A stretch of 30,021 nucleotides of DNA from a virus (lineage: Duplodnaviria; Caudoviricetes): the IMG/VR virus record IMGVR_UViG_3300025543_000136, positions 1-30,021 of that record. One strand, written 5' to 3'. Shown in pieces: positions 1-7,824 of this stretch (positions within the stretch are counted from its first letter, which is position 1; each line of letters starts with the position of its first letter). The notes under the pieces were generated by a model. That model made no database searches and was not told the DNA's origin. It saw only the letters and a program-made list of their open reading frames with translations. A program made the position numbers and the translations under genes.

Positions 1-56
1 TGAAGCATGGGATGAAGAAGAAGAAAACTATGAAGAAAAAGAAGAAAGGGTACTAG
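1..56 (+). CDS. 3' end of a Lys-rich basic protein (partial)
   Basis: Open frame reads ...KHGMKKKKTMKKKKKGY and stops at TAG 54-56. The start lies outside the window. Confidence 0.55.
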   Translation, partial: KHGMKKKKTMKKKKKGY

Positions 57-143
57 TGCCCAAGGAAAAGACCGAAGAAGTTGTTGAAGTTTTTGTCACT
101 GGTGTTTCTATGAGTGGTGGCGGTGGAATAGGATTGGAAAGCG

Positions 144-335
144 ATGATCGATCTGATCAGAGAGATCAAGAAGCAGATCCGGCTCCAGAAAACAGCGATA
201 GCTAGCGAGATGGTTGAAGGTCGCATGAGCGACTTTCAGTCGTACAGCAAAAACGTCGGGATTGCGGAAGGCTTAGAACAGGCTTGCGCATTGATCGATG
301 AAACGATGAAAAAAATGAATCAGGAGGATGAATAA
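144..335 (+). CDS. small helical phage protein upstream of GroES
   Basis: 63-aa ORF packed 2 nt before groES, with a Y...VG...GL motif. A small ORF in this position is familiar from marine phage head operons. Confidence 0.75.
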   Translation: MIDLIREIKKQIRLQKTAIASEMVEGRMSDFQSYSKNVGIAEGLEQACALIDETMKKMNQEDE

Positions 336-337
336 TC

Positions 338-742
338 ATGTCTCATCCGCATGCAAAAGACCTCATCACAGATGAGCAGACCAATGCGACGTTAGGGTCG
401 CACCAGTTCCCCAAGCCACTGGGCTGGAAAGTATTGGTTCAGCCTAATCAAGCCAAGGCTAAAACAAAAGGTGGCATTTTCCTTCCGGAAAGCTCCAAAG
501 ACAATGAAGAATACCTCACAGCCCACGGCACAATTCTTGCTATGGGTGAATTGGCGTATCGAGACCGTGACACAGGCCAAGCATGGAAAGGCCAGTGGCC
601 AACAGAGGGAAACTCTGTAACATACGGCAAATACGCAGGTCAAAAATTAACAATCAATGGCGTCAAAATGTTGCTGCTTAATGATGACGAGATCACATCG
701 GTCTTGCCAGAAGGCGTCAGCATTGCAGCGTATGTGGAGTGA
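338..742 (+). CDS. groES: co-chaperonin GroES (Cpn10)
   Basis: PLGWKVLVQP, mobile loop KTKGGIFLP, GTILAMG, YGKYAG and LLLNDDEI match Cpn10 motifs. RBS AGGAGG upstream. Confidence 0.93.
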   Translation: MSHPHAKDLITDEQTNATLGSHQFPKPLGWKVLVQPNQAKAKTKGGIFLPESSKDNEEYLTAHGTILAMGELAYRDRDTGQAWKGQWPTEGNSVTYGKYAGQKLTINGVKMLLLNDDEITSVLPEGVSIAAYVE

Positions 743-750
743 GGTAAGCC

Positions 751-1647
751 ATGAATGAAAGTGTAGTTCTCGAAGAGCTCGAGAAAGAGATCGCTGAGGC
801 CAAGAAAACTTCTGGCCAAGACGACAACTTTGAAATTGAAGTCACAGATGAGTCTGATTCCCCAGAGGAAAAGCAAGAAGCTGTGAAAGAAGACTCTGAA
901 GAAGAATACAGCGGCAAAGTCCAAAAGCGAATCAAAAAGCTAGTGGACCAACGCAGAGAAGCTGAGGTTCAGGCTCGCCAGTACCAAGAAGAAACAGCGC
1001 AGCTGAAGTCTCGTCTTGAGCGTCTTGAAAAAGGCAATGAGCACCAAGCCCAAGATCAATTCAACACGCGATACAAGCAGACTCGCGCTGCTCTTTCCAA
1101 AGCTGTTGAAGAAGGCGACACAGAAGCTCAAGTGTCTTTCAGCGAGCAGTTGGCCGACATGAGAGCAGCCATGCGAGTCGCTGAGATGCAAAGGCAGATG
1201 GCCCAGCAACAAGCAGCCTCCCCAACTGTGGGTCGCGCAAAACAGGCCGCTCAGAATCCACCTCCGCAAAAAGCAATGAGTTGGTGGGAGAAAAACAGAT
1301 GGTTCGACAGCAATGGTTTTTCGCGGGAAACAGCCGCAGCAAGAGCGATTGATGTGCAGTTGGACCTCGAAGGATTCGACAAAGAATCTGACGAATATTA
1401 CGATCAGTTAGATTTTCGTTTACGAAACGTGTTTCCCGAGCTAAACTCGGGGAAAGTGCAAGGCAAACCACGAGCAAAAAGCAGAGCACCAGTAGCGCCA
1501 ACTGCAGGCGGTTCAGGAGCACCTCGCACAAATGGCAGGACAAGAATGACTCAAGATCAACTCCGAATGGCCAGAGAGCTGGGCATCACTGACGAAAAAG
1601 GGCTGAAGCAATATGCAGCTGAAATTCAAAAACAGGCAAGGAGCTAA
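751..1647 (+). CDS. capsid scaffolding protein
   Basis: Acidic N-terminus, long coiled coil (YSGKVQKRIKKL...RREAE), Pro/Gly linker and short C-terminal helix-turn-helix (QLRMARELGIT...YAAE). Lies upstream of the capsid genes. Confidence 0.78.
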   Translation: MNESVVLEELEKEIAEAKKTSGQDDNFEIEVTDESDSPEEKQEAVKEDSEEEYSGKVQKRIKKLVDQRREAEVQARQYQEETAQLKSRLERLEKGNEHQAQDQFNTRYKQTRAALSKAVEEGDTEAQVSFSEQLADMRAAMRVAEMQRQMAQQQAASPTVGRAKQAAQNPPPQKAMSWWEKNRWFDSNGFSRETAAARAIDVQLDLEGFDKESDEYYDQLDFRLRNVFPELNSGKVQGKPRAKSRAPVAPTAGGSGAPRTNGRTRMTQDQLRMARELGITDEKGLKQYAAEIQKQARS

Positions 1648-1650
1648 GTC

Positions 1651-2133
1651 ATGACAAAGTCCCGCAATGTACGCGCAGCTGAGACTCGCGAAGAAGTCCG
1701 TGCAGAAGAGGCTCGTCCTTTGACCGCATGGAAACCACCATCGTTGTTAGATGCACCGAAGCCTCGTCCTGGCATGGTCCAACGATGGGTAACAACCTCG
1801 ATTCAGGGTAAGGACTCGCCAGACAACGTATACAAGCGTATGCGTGAAGGTTGGTCCGCACGCCCTGCTGATACCGTTAAAGATGAGTTGTTTCCGACCA
1901 TCAACCACGGCCAGTGGGCAGGATCTATTGGAATTGAAGGCATGCTGCTTTGCGAAATGCCTGTTGAACAACGAGAGTCGCAGAAGGCTTGGTACAACAA
2001 CAGGAACAAAGAGCAGAATGAATCCATTTCTGGAGAGCTTGATGCGTTAGGACAGAATAATGGGCAGCCGATTTATCAAGATCGGAAGTCTGAAGTTAGC
2101 CGTGGCAGATCGGTTTCTGTCATGAATGATTAA
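1651..2133 (+). CDS. conserved head-module protein
   Basis: WKPPSLLDAP..PG...RW and KRMREGW motifs. Sits between scaffold and capsid genes with RBS AGGAG. Confidence 0.7.
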   Translation: MTKSRNVRAAETREEVRAEEARPLTAWKPPSLLDAPKPRPGMVQRWVTTSIQGKDSPDNVYKRMREGWSARPADTVKDELFPTINHGQWAGSIGIEGMLLCEMPVEQRESQKAWYNNRNKEQNESISGELDALGQNNGQPIYQDRKSEVSRGRSVSVMND

Positions 2134-2157
2134 TCTTTAACGCTAAGGAGCGATAAT

Positions 2158-2712
2158 ATGGCAAATGTAGATGCCGCATTTGGGTTCGTCCCAATTCGCC
2201 ACATGAGCGGTAATGCACCTCGTGCTAATAAGTATACCATTGCTAGTGGTCTTGCTGAGAACATCTTTATGGGTGATCTGGTGATTCTGATTAACACAGG
2301 TCTGCTTACTCCGCACACAGCAACAGAGACCAACAACATTGGTGTTTTTGCTGGTGTGTCTTACACCGCTGCAGATGGTTCGTATGTTTATAGTGAATAC
2401 TGGCCTTCAGGCACAGTTGCTACAGACATCATAGCATATGTGTATGACGATCCATACACTGTTTTCAAGGTTCAGTCTGCTGGAACCCCAGCCCAGACGA
2501 ATATCGGCAACTGTGCTGATGTTGTTGCTGGTGCAGGTTCAACTTTGACTGGTCAATCTGGTTTTGAGATTAGTGGAACAATGGCTGCAGGTATTGCTAC
2601 TTGCAAAATCCTTGCTCTGCATGAAACTCCAGACAACGCATTCGGCGCAAATGCTATCATGGAGGTGTTAATCAATGAGCACATCCTTGGTACAAATGTA
2701 GCTGGTATATAA
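2158..2712 (+). CDS. capsid decoration/cement protein
   Basis: 184-aa beta-rich, small-residue protein (MANVDAAFG..P, IFMGDLV) directly before the MCP. RBS AAGGAG. Confidence 0.7.
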   Translation: MANVDAAFGFVPIRHMSGNAPRANKYTIASGLAENIFMGDLVILINTGLLTPHTATETNNIGVFAGVSYTAADGSYVYSEYWPSGTVATDIIAYVYDDPYTVFKVQSAGTPAQTNIGNCADVVAGAGSTLTGQSGFEISGTMAAGIATCKILALHETPDNAFGANAIMEVLINEHILGTNVAGI

Positions 2713-2726
2713 GGAGGGTCTGAACG

Positions 2727-3632
2727 ATGGCAATGAATAGAGCATCATTTGCAAAAATGCTTGAGCCAGGACTGAACACTCTCTTCGGTCTTGAGTACGA
2801 CACATATCCAGCTGAGTATGCTGCGGTATTTGAAAGCAACACTTCGCAGAAAGCATTTGAAGAAGATGTCTTGCTGCAAGGTTTTGCATCAGCTCCAACT
2901 AAAACTGAAGGTGCGGCTGTATCTTACGATGCTGCTTCCCAACAGTGGACTGCTCGCTACCAGCACGAAACGATTGCTCTGGCATTCTCAATCACTGAGG
3001 AAGCTGAAGAGGATGGCCAGTATGGCTCAATCGCTTCTCGCTACACAAAAGCTCTTGCGCGGTCGATGGCTTCGACCAAAGAGATCAAGGCTGCTAATGT
3101 CTTGAACAATGCGCAAGCTGGTGCCTTCACAGGTGGTGATGGTGTTACTCTTTTGAGTGCTTCGCATCCAACCACAGGTGGAGTTCAGTCCAATGTTCTT
3201 GCAACAGCGGCTGACCTCTCTGAGACTTCCCTCGAATCTGTCCTAATTCAGATCTCTGATATGAAAGACGATCGTGGGCTCCGGATTGCTGCTCAAGGTA
3301 CTCAGCTGGTTATCCCAACTGCATACCAGTTCGTAGCAGAGCGTCTCTTAGAGTCCAATCTGCGCACAGGAACAGCAGACAACGACATCAACGCGGTTAA
3401 GTCTGGCGGCTACCTGCCCAAAGGCTATCATGTGATGCGTCGCTTGTCGGATGCTGATGCTTGGTTTATCCAAACTGACGTTCCTGATGGTCTGAAAATG
3501 TTCCAGCGTTCGCCTATGAAAAAAGGCATGGAAGGTGATTTCGAGACTGGCAATGTTCGCTACAAAGTTCGCGAACGCTACTCTTTCGGCTTCACTGACT
3601 GGCGTGGCATCTTCGGCTCAGAAGGCGCATAA
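2727..3632 (+). CDS. major capsid protein (HK97 fold, Mu gpT-like family)
   Basis: LEPGLNTLFGLEY, FSITEEAEED, LARSMA.TKE and RERYSFGFTDWRG are typical of MCPs of uncultured marine phages. Strong RBS AAGGAGG, followed by a terminator. Confidence 0.92.
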   Translation: MAMNRASFAKMLEPGLNTLFGLEYDTYPAEYAAVFESNTSQKAFEEDVLLQGFASAPTKTEGAAVSYDAASQQWTARYQHETIALAFSITEEAEEDGQYGSIASRYTKALARSMASTKEIKAANVLNNAQAGAFTGGDGVTLLSASHPTTGGVQSNVLATAADLSETSLESVLIQISDMKDDRGLRIAAQGTQLVIPTAYQFVAERLLESNLRTGTADNDINAVKSGGYLPKGYHVMRRLSDADAWFIQTDVPDGLKMFQRSPMKKGMEGDFETGNVRYKVRERYSFGFTDWRGIFGSEGA

Positions 3633-3638
3633 AAATTG

Positions 3639-3662
3639 GGGAGGGCAGCTGTCCTCCCTTTC
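3639..3662 (+). terminator. intrinsic terminator after the MCP
   Basis: Stem GGGAGGGC/GTCCTCCC (one G-U pair), loop AGCT, short T tract. An A tract precedes it. Confidence 0.65.
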
Positions 3663-3706
3663 ATCCTGACAGCGAGAGCTGACTTAACCCAGACAGGAGA
3701 TTCATA

Positions 3707-4165
3707 ATGGGTACTACAACTTTTTCAGGACCAGTCAAAGCTGGACCAATCAAAGTAACAACAGGCACAACAGTCGGTTCTGACATGAAGAACACAGGCT
3801 TTGCTGTTCTTTCTCAGACAGCTGCGATTGACCAGACTGCCACAACCACAACAACAGACATCATAATCCCACCAAACAGCCAGCTAATATCAATTGATGT
3901 TACTGTGACCACAGCTTGGAGTGGTGGAGCAACGACTCTTGGTTTGGGTGGTGTTGGTGCGGCAACCACTCTGACTGCTGCAGGAGCTATTCAAGGCAAT
4001 GCTGTTGGGATTGTCGCTGCTAGTCCTGGAACAGACGCGACTCGCACAGCCAAGTGGCTCAACACAGGCACAGGCGATCACAGGCTAATCGTGACCACAG
4101 CTAACACAGGCAATGGTGTTGGTGCTGTGACGGTTGTTTATGCTCAAAGCAACAACGTCACATAA
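3707..4165 (+). CDS. virion structural/decoration protein
   Basis: MGTTTFSGPVKAG start, Thr/Gly/Ala-rich beta protein immediately after the MCP. Confidence 0.75.
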   Translation: MGTTTFSGPVKAGPIKVTTGTTVGSDMKNTGFAVLSQTAAIDQTATTTTTDIIIPPNSQLISIDVTVTTAWSGGATTLGLGGVGAATTLTAAGAIQGNAVGIVAASPGTDATRTAKWLNTGTGDHRLIVTTANTGNGVGAVTVVYAQSNNVT

Positions 4166-4200
4166 AATTAGTTGGTGGGTGCAAAGCCCACCAATAATTT
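4165..4200 (+). terminator. stem-loop, probable terminator or stability element
   Basis: TTGGTGGG-TGCAAAG-CCCACCAA, extendable by AAATTA/TAATTT with one bulge. Confidence 0.6.
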
Positions 4201-4215
4201 ACAGGAGGGTCATAG

Positions 4216-4629
4216 ATGGCTAATATTACGAGCGTAAAAACGCTTTCTGAAAACACCAACGAAGTGGTCATGGCATTCCAATTGCAATACGTTGACGCTG
4301 GTGATGAAGATGCTGTAAAAAAAGTTGATGTGTCAACTTTGGCAAAAAGTGCTGCTGGTGTTTCTTGCAACTCTGTCAGTCTTTTGGAGTGCTGGTGGAT
4401 AATTCAAGGCATGACGGTTCTGGTGGAGGCAGATGCTGGAACAGATGTTATTATGATGCACATGGCTGAGGATGATATTGGTTATCAAGACTTCAGCAAG
4501 TTCGGTGGGTTGCCTTCGACTGTAGAATATGGCAGCACAACTGGAGACATAATGTTCACCACTACTGGTCTTGGTGCAATTGGAGACACATACAACATCG
4601 TGCTGCGGATGAAAAAACACTACTCATAG
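4216..4629 (+). CDS. putative virion structural protein
   Basis: 137-aa ORF with RBS AGGAGG, in the structural operon (VDVSTL, DFSKFGGL, TGDIMFTT). Confidence 0.7.
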   Translation: MANITSVKTLSENTNEVVMAFQLQYVDAGDEDAVKKVDVSTLAKSAAGVSCNSVSLLECWWIIQGMTVLVEADAGTDVIMMHMAEDDIGYQDFSKFGGLPSTVEYGSTTGDIMFTTTGLGAIGDTYNIVLRMKKHYS

Positions 4630-4638
4630 GAAAACCAA

Positions 4639-5319
4639 ATGGCGACATCGAACACATATGCTTTTCGGCCAGATGTTGAAGAGATAATCGCTGAATCATT
4701 TGAGCGGTGCGGGATTGATGACGAAACTCGGACAGGCTATCAGGCCAAAGCAGCTCGCAGGAGCCTTAATTTGCTTTTCAGCGAGTTTGCTAACCGTGGC
4801 ATAAATTATTGGGCTGTCCAGAATAATACATTGGCTTTGGTGAAAGACCAGATCACTTATACGTTGCCAGTCGGAACCATAGATATGATAGATGTTGTGA
4901 TTCGACAGACAGCAAATGGCACCACCACTGACACCACCATCCAAAGAGTAAGCCTTTCTGCATACAACCAACTGCCAAACAAAACATCTTCTGGCAAGCC
5001 AAGCCAATACATGCTGGACAAAACCTACACCCCAACGATAAATGTTTGGCAAGTTCCGGACACTGGTGACTACAGTTTGCTTTATTGGTCAATAAACCAA
5101 CTCGAAGATGTAACAGCCAGCAACCAAGATGCAGACATTCCTTACAGGTGGACGGATTGTCTTTGTGCTGGTTTGGCGAGCAAGCTGGCAATGAAATATG
5201 CTCCTGATAAATTCAACCTGTTAAATCAGGTTTATGAAAGAGCATTCGAGTTCGCAGCAGCCACAGACAATGATGGCGTTTCAATGAGAGTCCGACCAAG
5301 AGGATTGAACCTTTACTGA
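4639..5319 (+). CDS. head-tail adaptor-like protein (T7 gp11/P22 gp4-like)
   Basis: Helical N-terminus (IIAESFERCG, ARRSLNLLFSEFANRGIN), beta insert (GKPSQY, VWQVPD) and helical C-terminus (LCAGLASKLA). Confidence 0.7.
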   Translation: MATSNTYAFRPDVEEIIAESFERCGIDDETRTGYQAKAARRSLNLLFSEFANRGINYWAVQNNTLALVKDQITYTLPVGTIDMIDVVIRQTANGTTTDTTIQRVSLSAYNQLPNKTSSGKPSQYMLDKTYTPTINVWQVPDTGDYSLLYWSINQLEDVTASNQDADIPYRWTDCLCAGLASKLAMKYAPDKFNLLNQVYERAFEFAAATDNDGVSMRVRPRGLNLY

Positions 5320-6725
5320 TGGCAAGAGTTAGGTATGCAAAAGGCAAGAAATCTTTAGCGATAAGTGATCGCTCTGGACTACGTGTGCCTTATACTCAGC
5401 TCAAGACAACTTGGGATGGCCTCAGAGTTTCCCCAGAAGATTGGGAGCCGAAGCAGCCGCAGTTGACTCCTGCTAAGAATGTTGTTGACGCCACAGCTCT
5501 CTTCAGCCCAAGACCAGACAATGACCCAGAAAATGTTGAGGTATTTATAGGGTTTAATTTCGACATATTTGCTGATCGCAGATTAACAACTAATGTTGGG
5601 ATTGCGGGCACAGCGTTCTCAGGGCAAATATCCAACTTTGAAGTAATCAACACATCCCAGACAGGTGTGGGCGGCACAGCAGCGGTTGGCAGCACGTCAC
5701 TGTTTATCACGACAGACGTATCCGCAACAGGCCTTTCTGGTTCTGGTGAAGTTGCAATAGATGTAGCAGCGGTGCAAACTTTAGCAGTGACAGTGCAAAA
5801 TGTTGGTGGGGCAAACAAATACTTCATTGCTGGTGTTCAGCAAGACACGCTGGAATTGATGGAAAGCAGGACATACTATTTCGATCAATCCGACGGCACC
5901 AACTCTGGACACCCATTGAGATTCAGCACAACACCCAATGGCACGCACGGTGGAGGCAGCGAGTACACAACAGGAGTGACAACTTCTGGGACTCCAGGAA
6001 ATGCTGGGGCTTATACCCAAATAGTTGTTGCTTCCAGTGCACCGACATTATTCTATTATTGTTCGGTACATAGTGGCATGGGCGGTCAAGCAAATACTCC
6101 TGTATTTGCTTCTGTATTAGTTGAATTAAGCGAGATCGTAACTGGTGTTGGTGGCTCTGGTGATGTTGGCACAGGCGTTATTGAAGGATTGCCGACAGCT
6201 ACTGGTGTTGGTGGCACAGCAGCTGTCGGCAATGTTGTTTCTGTTGAGGCATTCGGTTGGGGAATAGGTGCTTGGGGCCAAGGCGGCTGGGGTGATCTTA
6301 ATGGAAGTCCACACACCGCTGGTCTTGGTGGCACAGGTGGCGTAGGAATTGAAGGCATTTCTGCGGATGCAATAATTACTGAGACTGGCGTTGGTGGTTC
6401 GGGTGCTGTTGGCAACGAAGCTATAAATGCAGATGGAATATTTAATGTCAGCGGCACAGGTGGCACAGCAGCCGTTGGGTCTGAGGCAGTTGCGCTTGAC
6501 TCTAATATTACAGTTAGTGGTCTTGGCGGCACAGGTGGTGTAGGGGATGAGGTTCCATTTATAGATACAGCTTGGGGTGATGGGACTTGGGGTTCTGGGG
6601 TTTGGAATGCAAACATTCAGCCACCTATATCTGGTTCTAATGGCACAGGCGGTGTTGGCTCTGTTAGCGCAGTTACTATCACAACTTGGGGTCAAGGCGG
6701 CTATGGTGAAGGAACATGGAATTGA
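5319..6725 (+). CDS. Gly/Val-rich repeat virion protein with cupredoxin-like insert
   Basis: Conserved-looking N-terminal domain, repeated TGVGGT(A/G)(A/G)VG units, WGxGxWG motifs and an HPLRF...YYCSVHSGMGG domain. TGATG overlap with the upstream gene. Confidence 0.75.
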   Translation: MARVRYAKGKKSLAISDRSGLRVPYTQLKTTWDGLRVSPEDWEPKQPQLTPAKNVVDATALFSPRPDNDPENVEVFIGFNFDIFADRRLTTNVGIAGTAFSGQISNFEVINTSQTGVGGTAAVGSTSLFITTDVSATGLSGSGEVAIDVAAVQTLAVTVQNVGGANKYFIAGVQQDTLELMESRTYYFDQSDGTNSGHPLRFSTTPNGTHGGGSEYTTGVTTSGTPGNAGAYTQIVVASSAPTLFYYCSVHSGMGGQANTPVFASVLVELSEIVTGVGGSGDVGTGVIEGLPTATGVGGTAAVGNVVSVEAFGWGIGAWGQGGWGDLNGSPHTAGLGGTGGVGIEGISADAIITETGVGGSGAVGNEAINADGIFNVSGTGGTAAVGSEAVALDSNITVSGLGGTGGVGDEVPFIDTAWGDGTWGSGVWNANIQPPISGSNGTGGVGSVSAVTITTWGQGGYGEGTWN

Positions 6726-6735
6726 GGATGAATAG

Positions 6736-7362
6736 ATGAACTACACAGAACTCAAGGCCAACATCCAAGACTTCTTAGAGGATGACTCAACAGAGTTCGT
6801 CGCGTCAATTGACACGATCATCGCACAGGCTGAAGAGATGGTTTTCCAGAGGCTCCCAAACATGCCCTGTTTCCGACAGACATCTTCTGCAGCTAATTTG
6901 GTTGTTGGCACAGCTTCATATACAATTCCAACAGCTCGGATGATCCGTCAGGTTTCCATAACAGATACAAATGTTGTTACGTATCTTGACCACAGAGTAG
7001 ATTCGTACATCCGCGACTATTGGCCGAATGCAACGACTCAAGGCACACCACGCATGTACAGCACCGATAGTGCAGGGACAGCTGGAACAGTGATTACATT
7101 GGCACCAACACCATCAGCCACCTTGGCCTATAGTGTGGACTTTATCGCGCCTGAGACGGGTCTGAGCAACGGCAATGCCAACACTTGGATAGGAACTAAT
7201 GCATCAACAGTTCTACTTTCTGCGGCTCTGTTCGAGGCATCAGCATTCCTCAAGGCACCAGAGACGCTGTCTCTTTACAAAACTCAGCTTGACGAAGCTG
7301 TCCAGTTAACAGTACAAGAGATGCAAAGGAACTATACAGCAGAATATAATGGAGGCATATAA
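6736..7362 (+). CDS. second adaptor/tail tubular A-like protein
   Basis: MNYTELKANIQDFLE, IIAQAEE, GTPRMY, LAPTP and LLSAALFEA..FLK follow the adaptor-family pattern. Confidence 0.72.
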   Translation: MNYTELKANIQDFLEDDSTEFVASIDTIIAQAEEMVFQRLPNMPCFRQTSSAANLVVGTASYTIPTARMIRQVSITDTNVVTYLDHRVDSYIRDYWPNATTQGTPRMYSTDSAGTAGTVITLAPTPSATLAYSVDFIAPETGLSNGNANTWIGTNASTVLLSAALFEASAFLKAPETLSLYKTQLDEAVQLTVQEMQRNYTAEYNGGI

Positions 7363-7823
7363 TGGCTATAACACAAGCAATGAGTACACTGTTTAAAAAA
7401 GACGTATTGTTGGGTGATCATCACCTAGACAGTGACGTAATAATGGTTGCGCTTTACACAAGCAGCGCAACACTTAATGCGACCACTGATGGTTACATAA
7501 CTTCTGGTCAGGTTGCCAACGGCAATGGCTACGCAACTGGCGGCGTTGCATTGGCAAACAAGGCAGTAACAGAAGACACCAACAGTGCCAGCACAACTGC
7601 TGGAAGTGGCATTTTTGATGCGGATGACCCACAGTGGACAAGCGCAACATTTACTGCTCGTGGCGCATTGATTTACAATAAAACGCTGGGCGATGCGAGT
7701 TCAAACGCAAGAGGAGCAATTGCCATTCTTGATTTTGGCGGTGACTTTTCTGTATCTGGTGGTACTTTCCGCATCGTATTTCCCGCTGCAACCCGAAACA
7801 CCGCAATTGTAAGGATCGATTGA
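7362..7823 (+). CDS. virion tail-associated structural protein
   Basis: MAITQAM, VALYTSSATL, GNGYATGG, FTARGALIYN and LDFGGD motifs. TAATG coupling. Confidence 0.72.
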   Translation: MAITQAMSTLFKKDVLLGDHHLDSDVIMVALYTSSATLNATTDGYITSGQVANGNGYATGGVALANKAVTEDTNSASTTAGSGIFDADDPQWTSATFTARGALIYNKTLGDASSNARGAIAILDFGGDFSVSGGTFRIVFPAATRNTAIVRID

Positions 7824-7824
7824 T

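Noticed and set aside
2141-2152. CGCT-AAGG-AGCG mini hairpin over an RBS
   Set aside because: Only 4 bp, easily arising by chance.
5396-6695. Long antisense ORFs (143, 176 and 189 aa) opposite the repeat protein
   Set aside because: Shadow frames of Gly/Val/Thr codon repeats, with no RBS or recognisable motifs.
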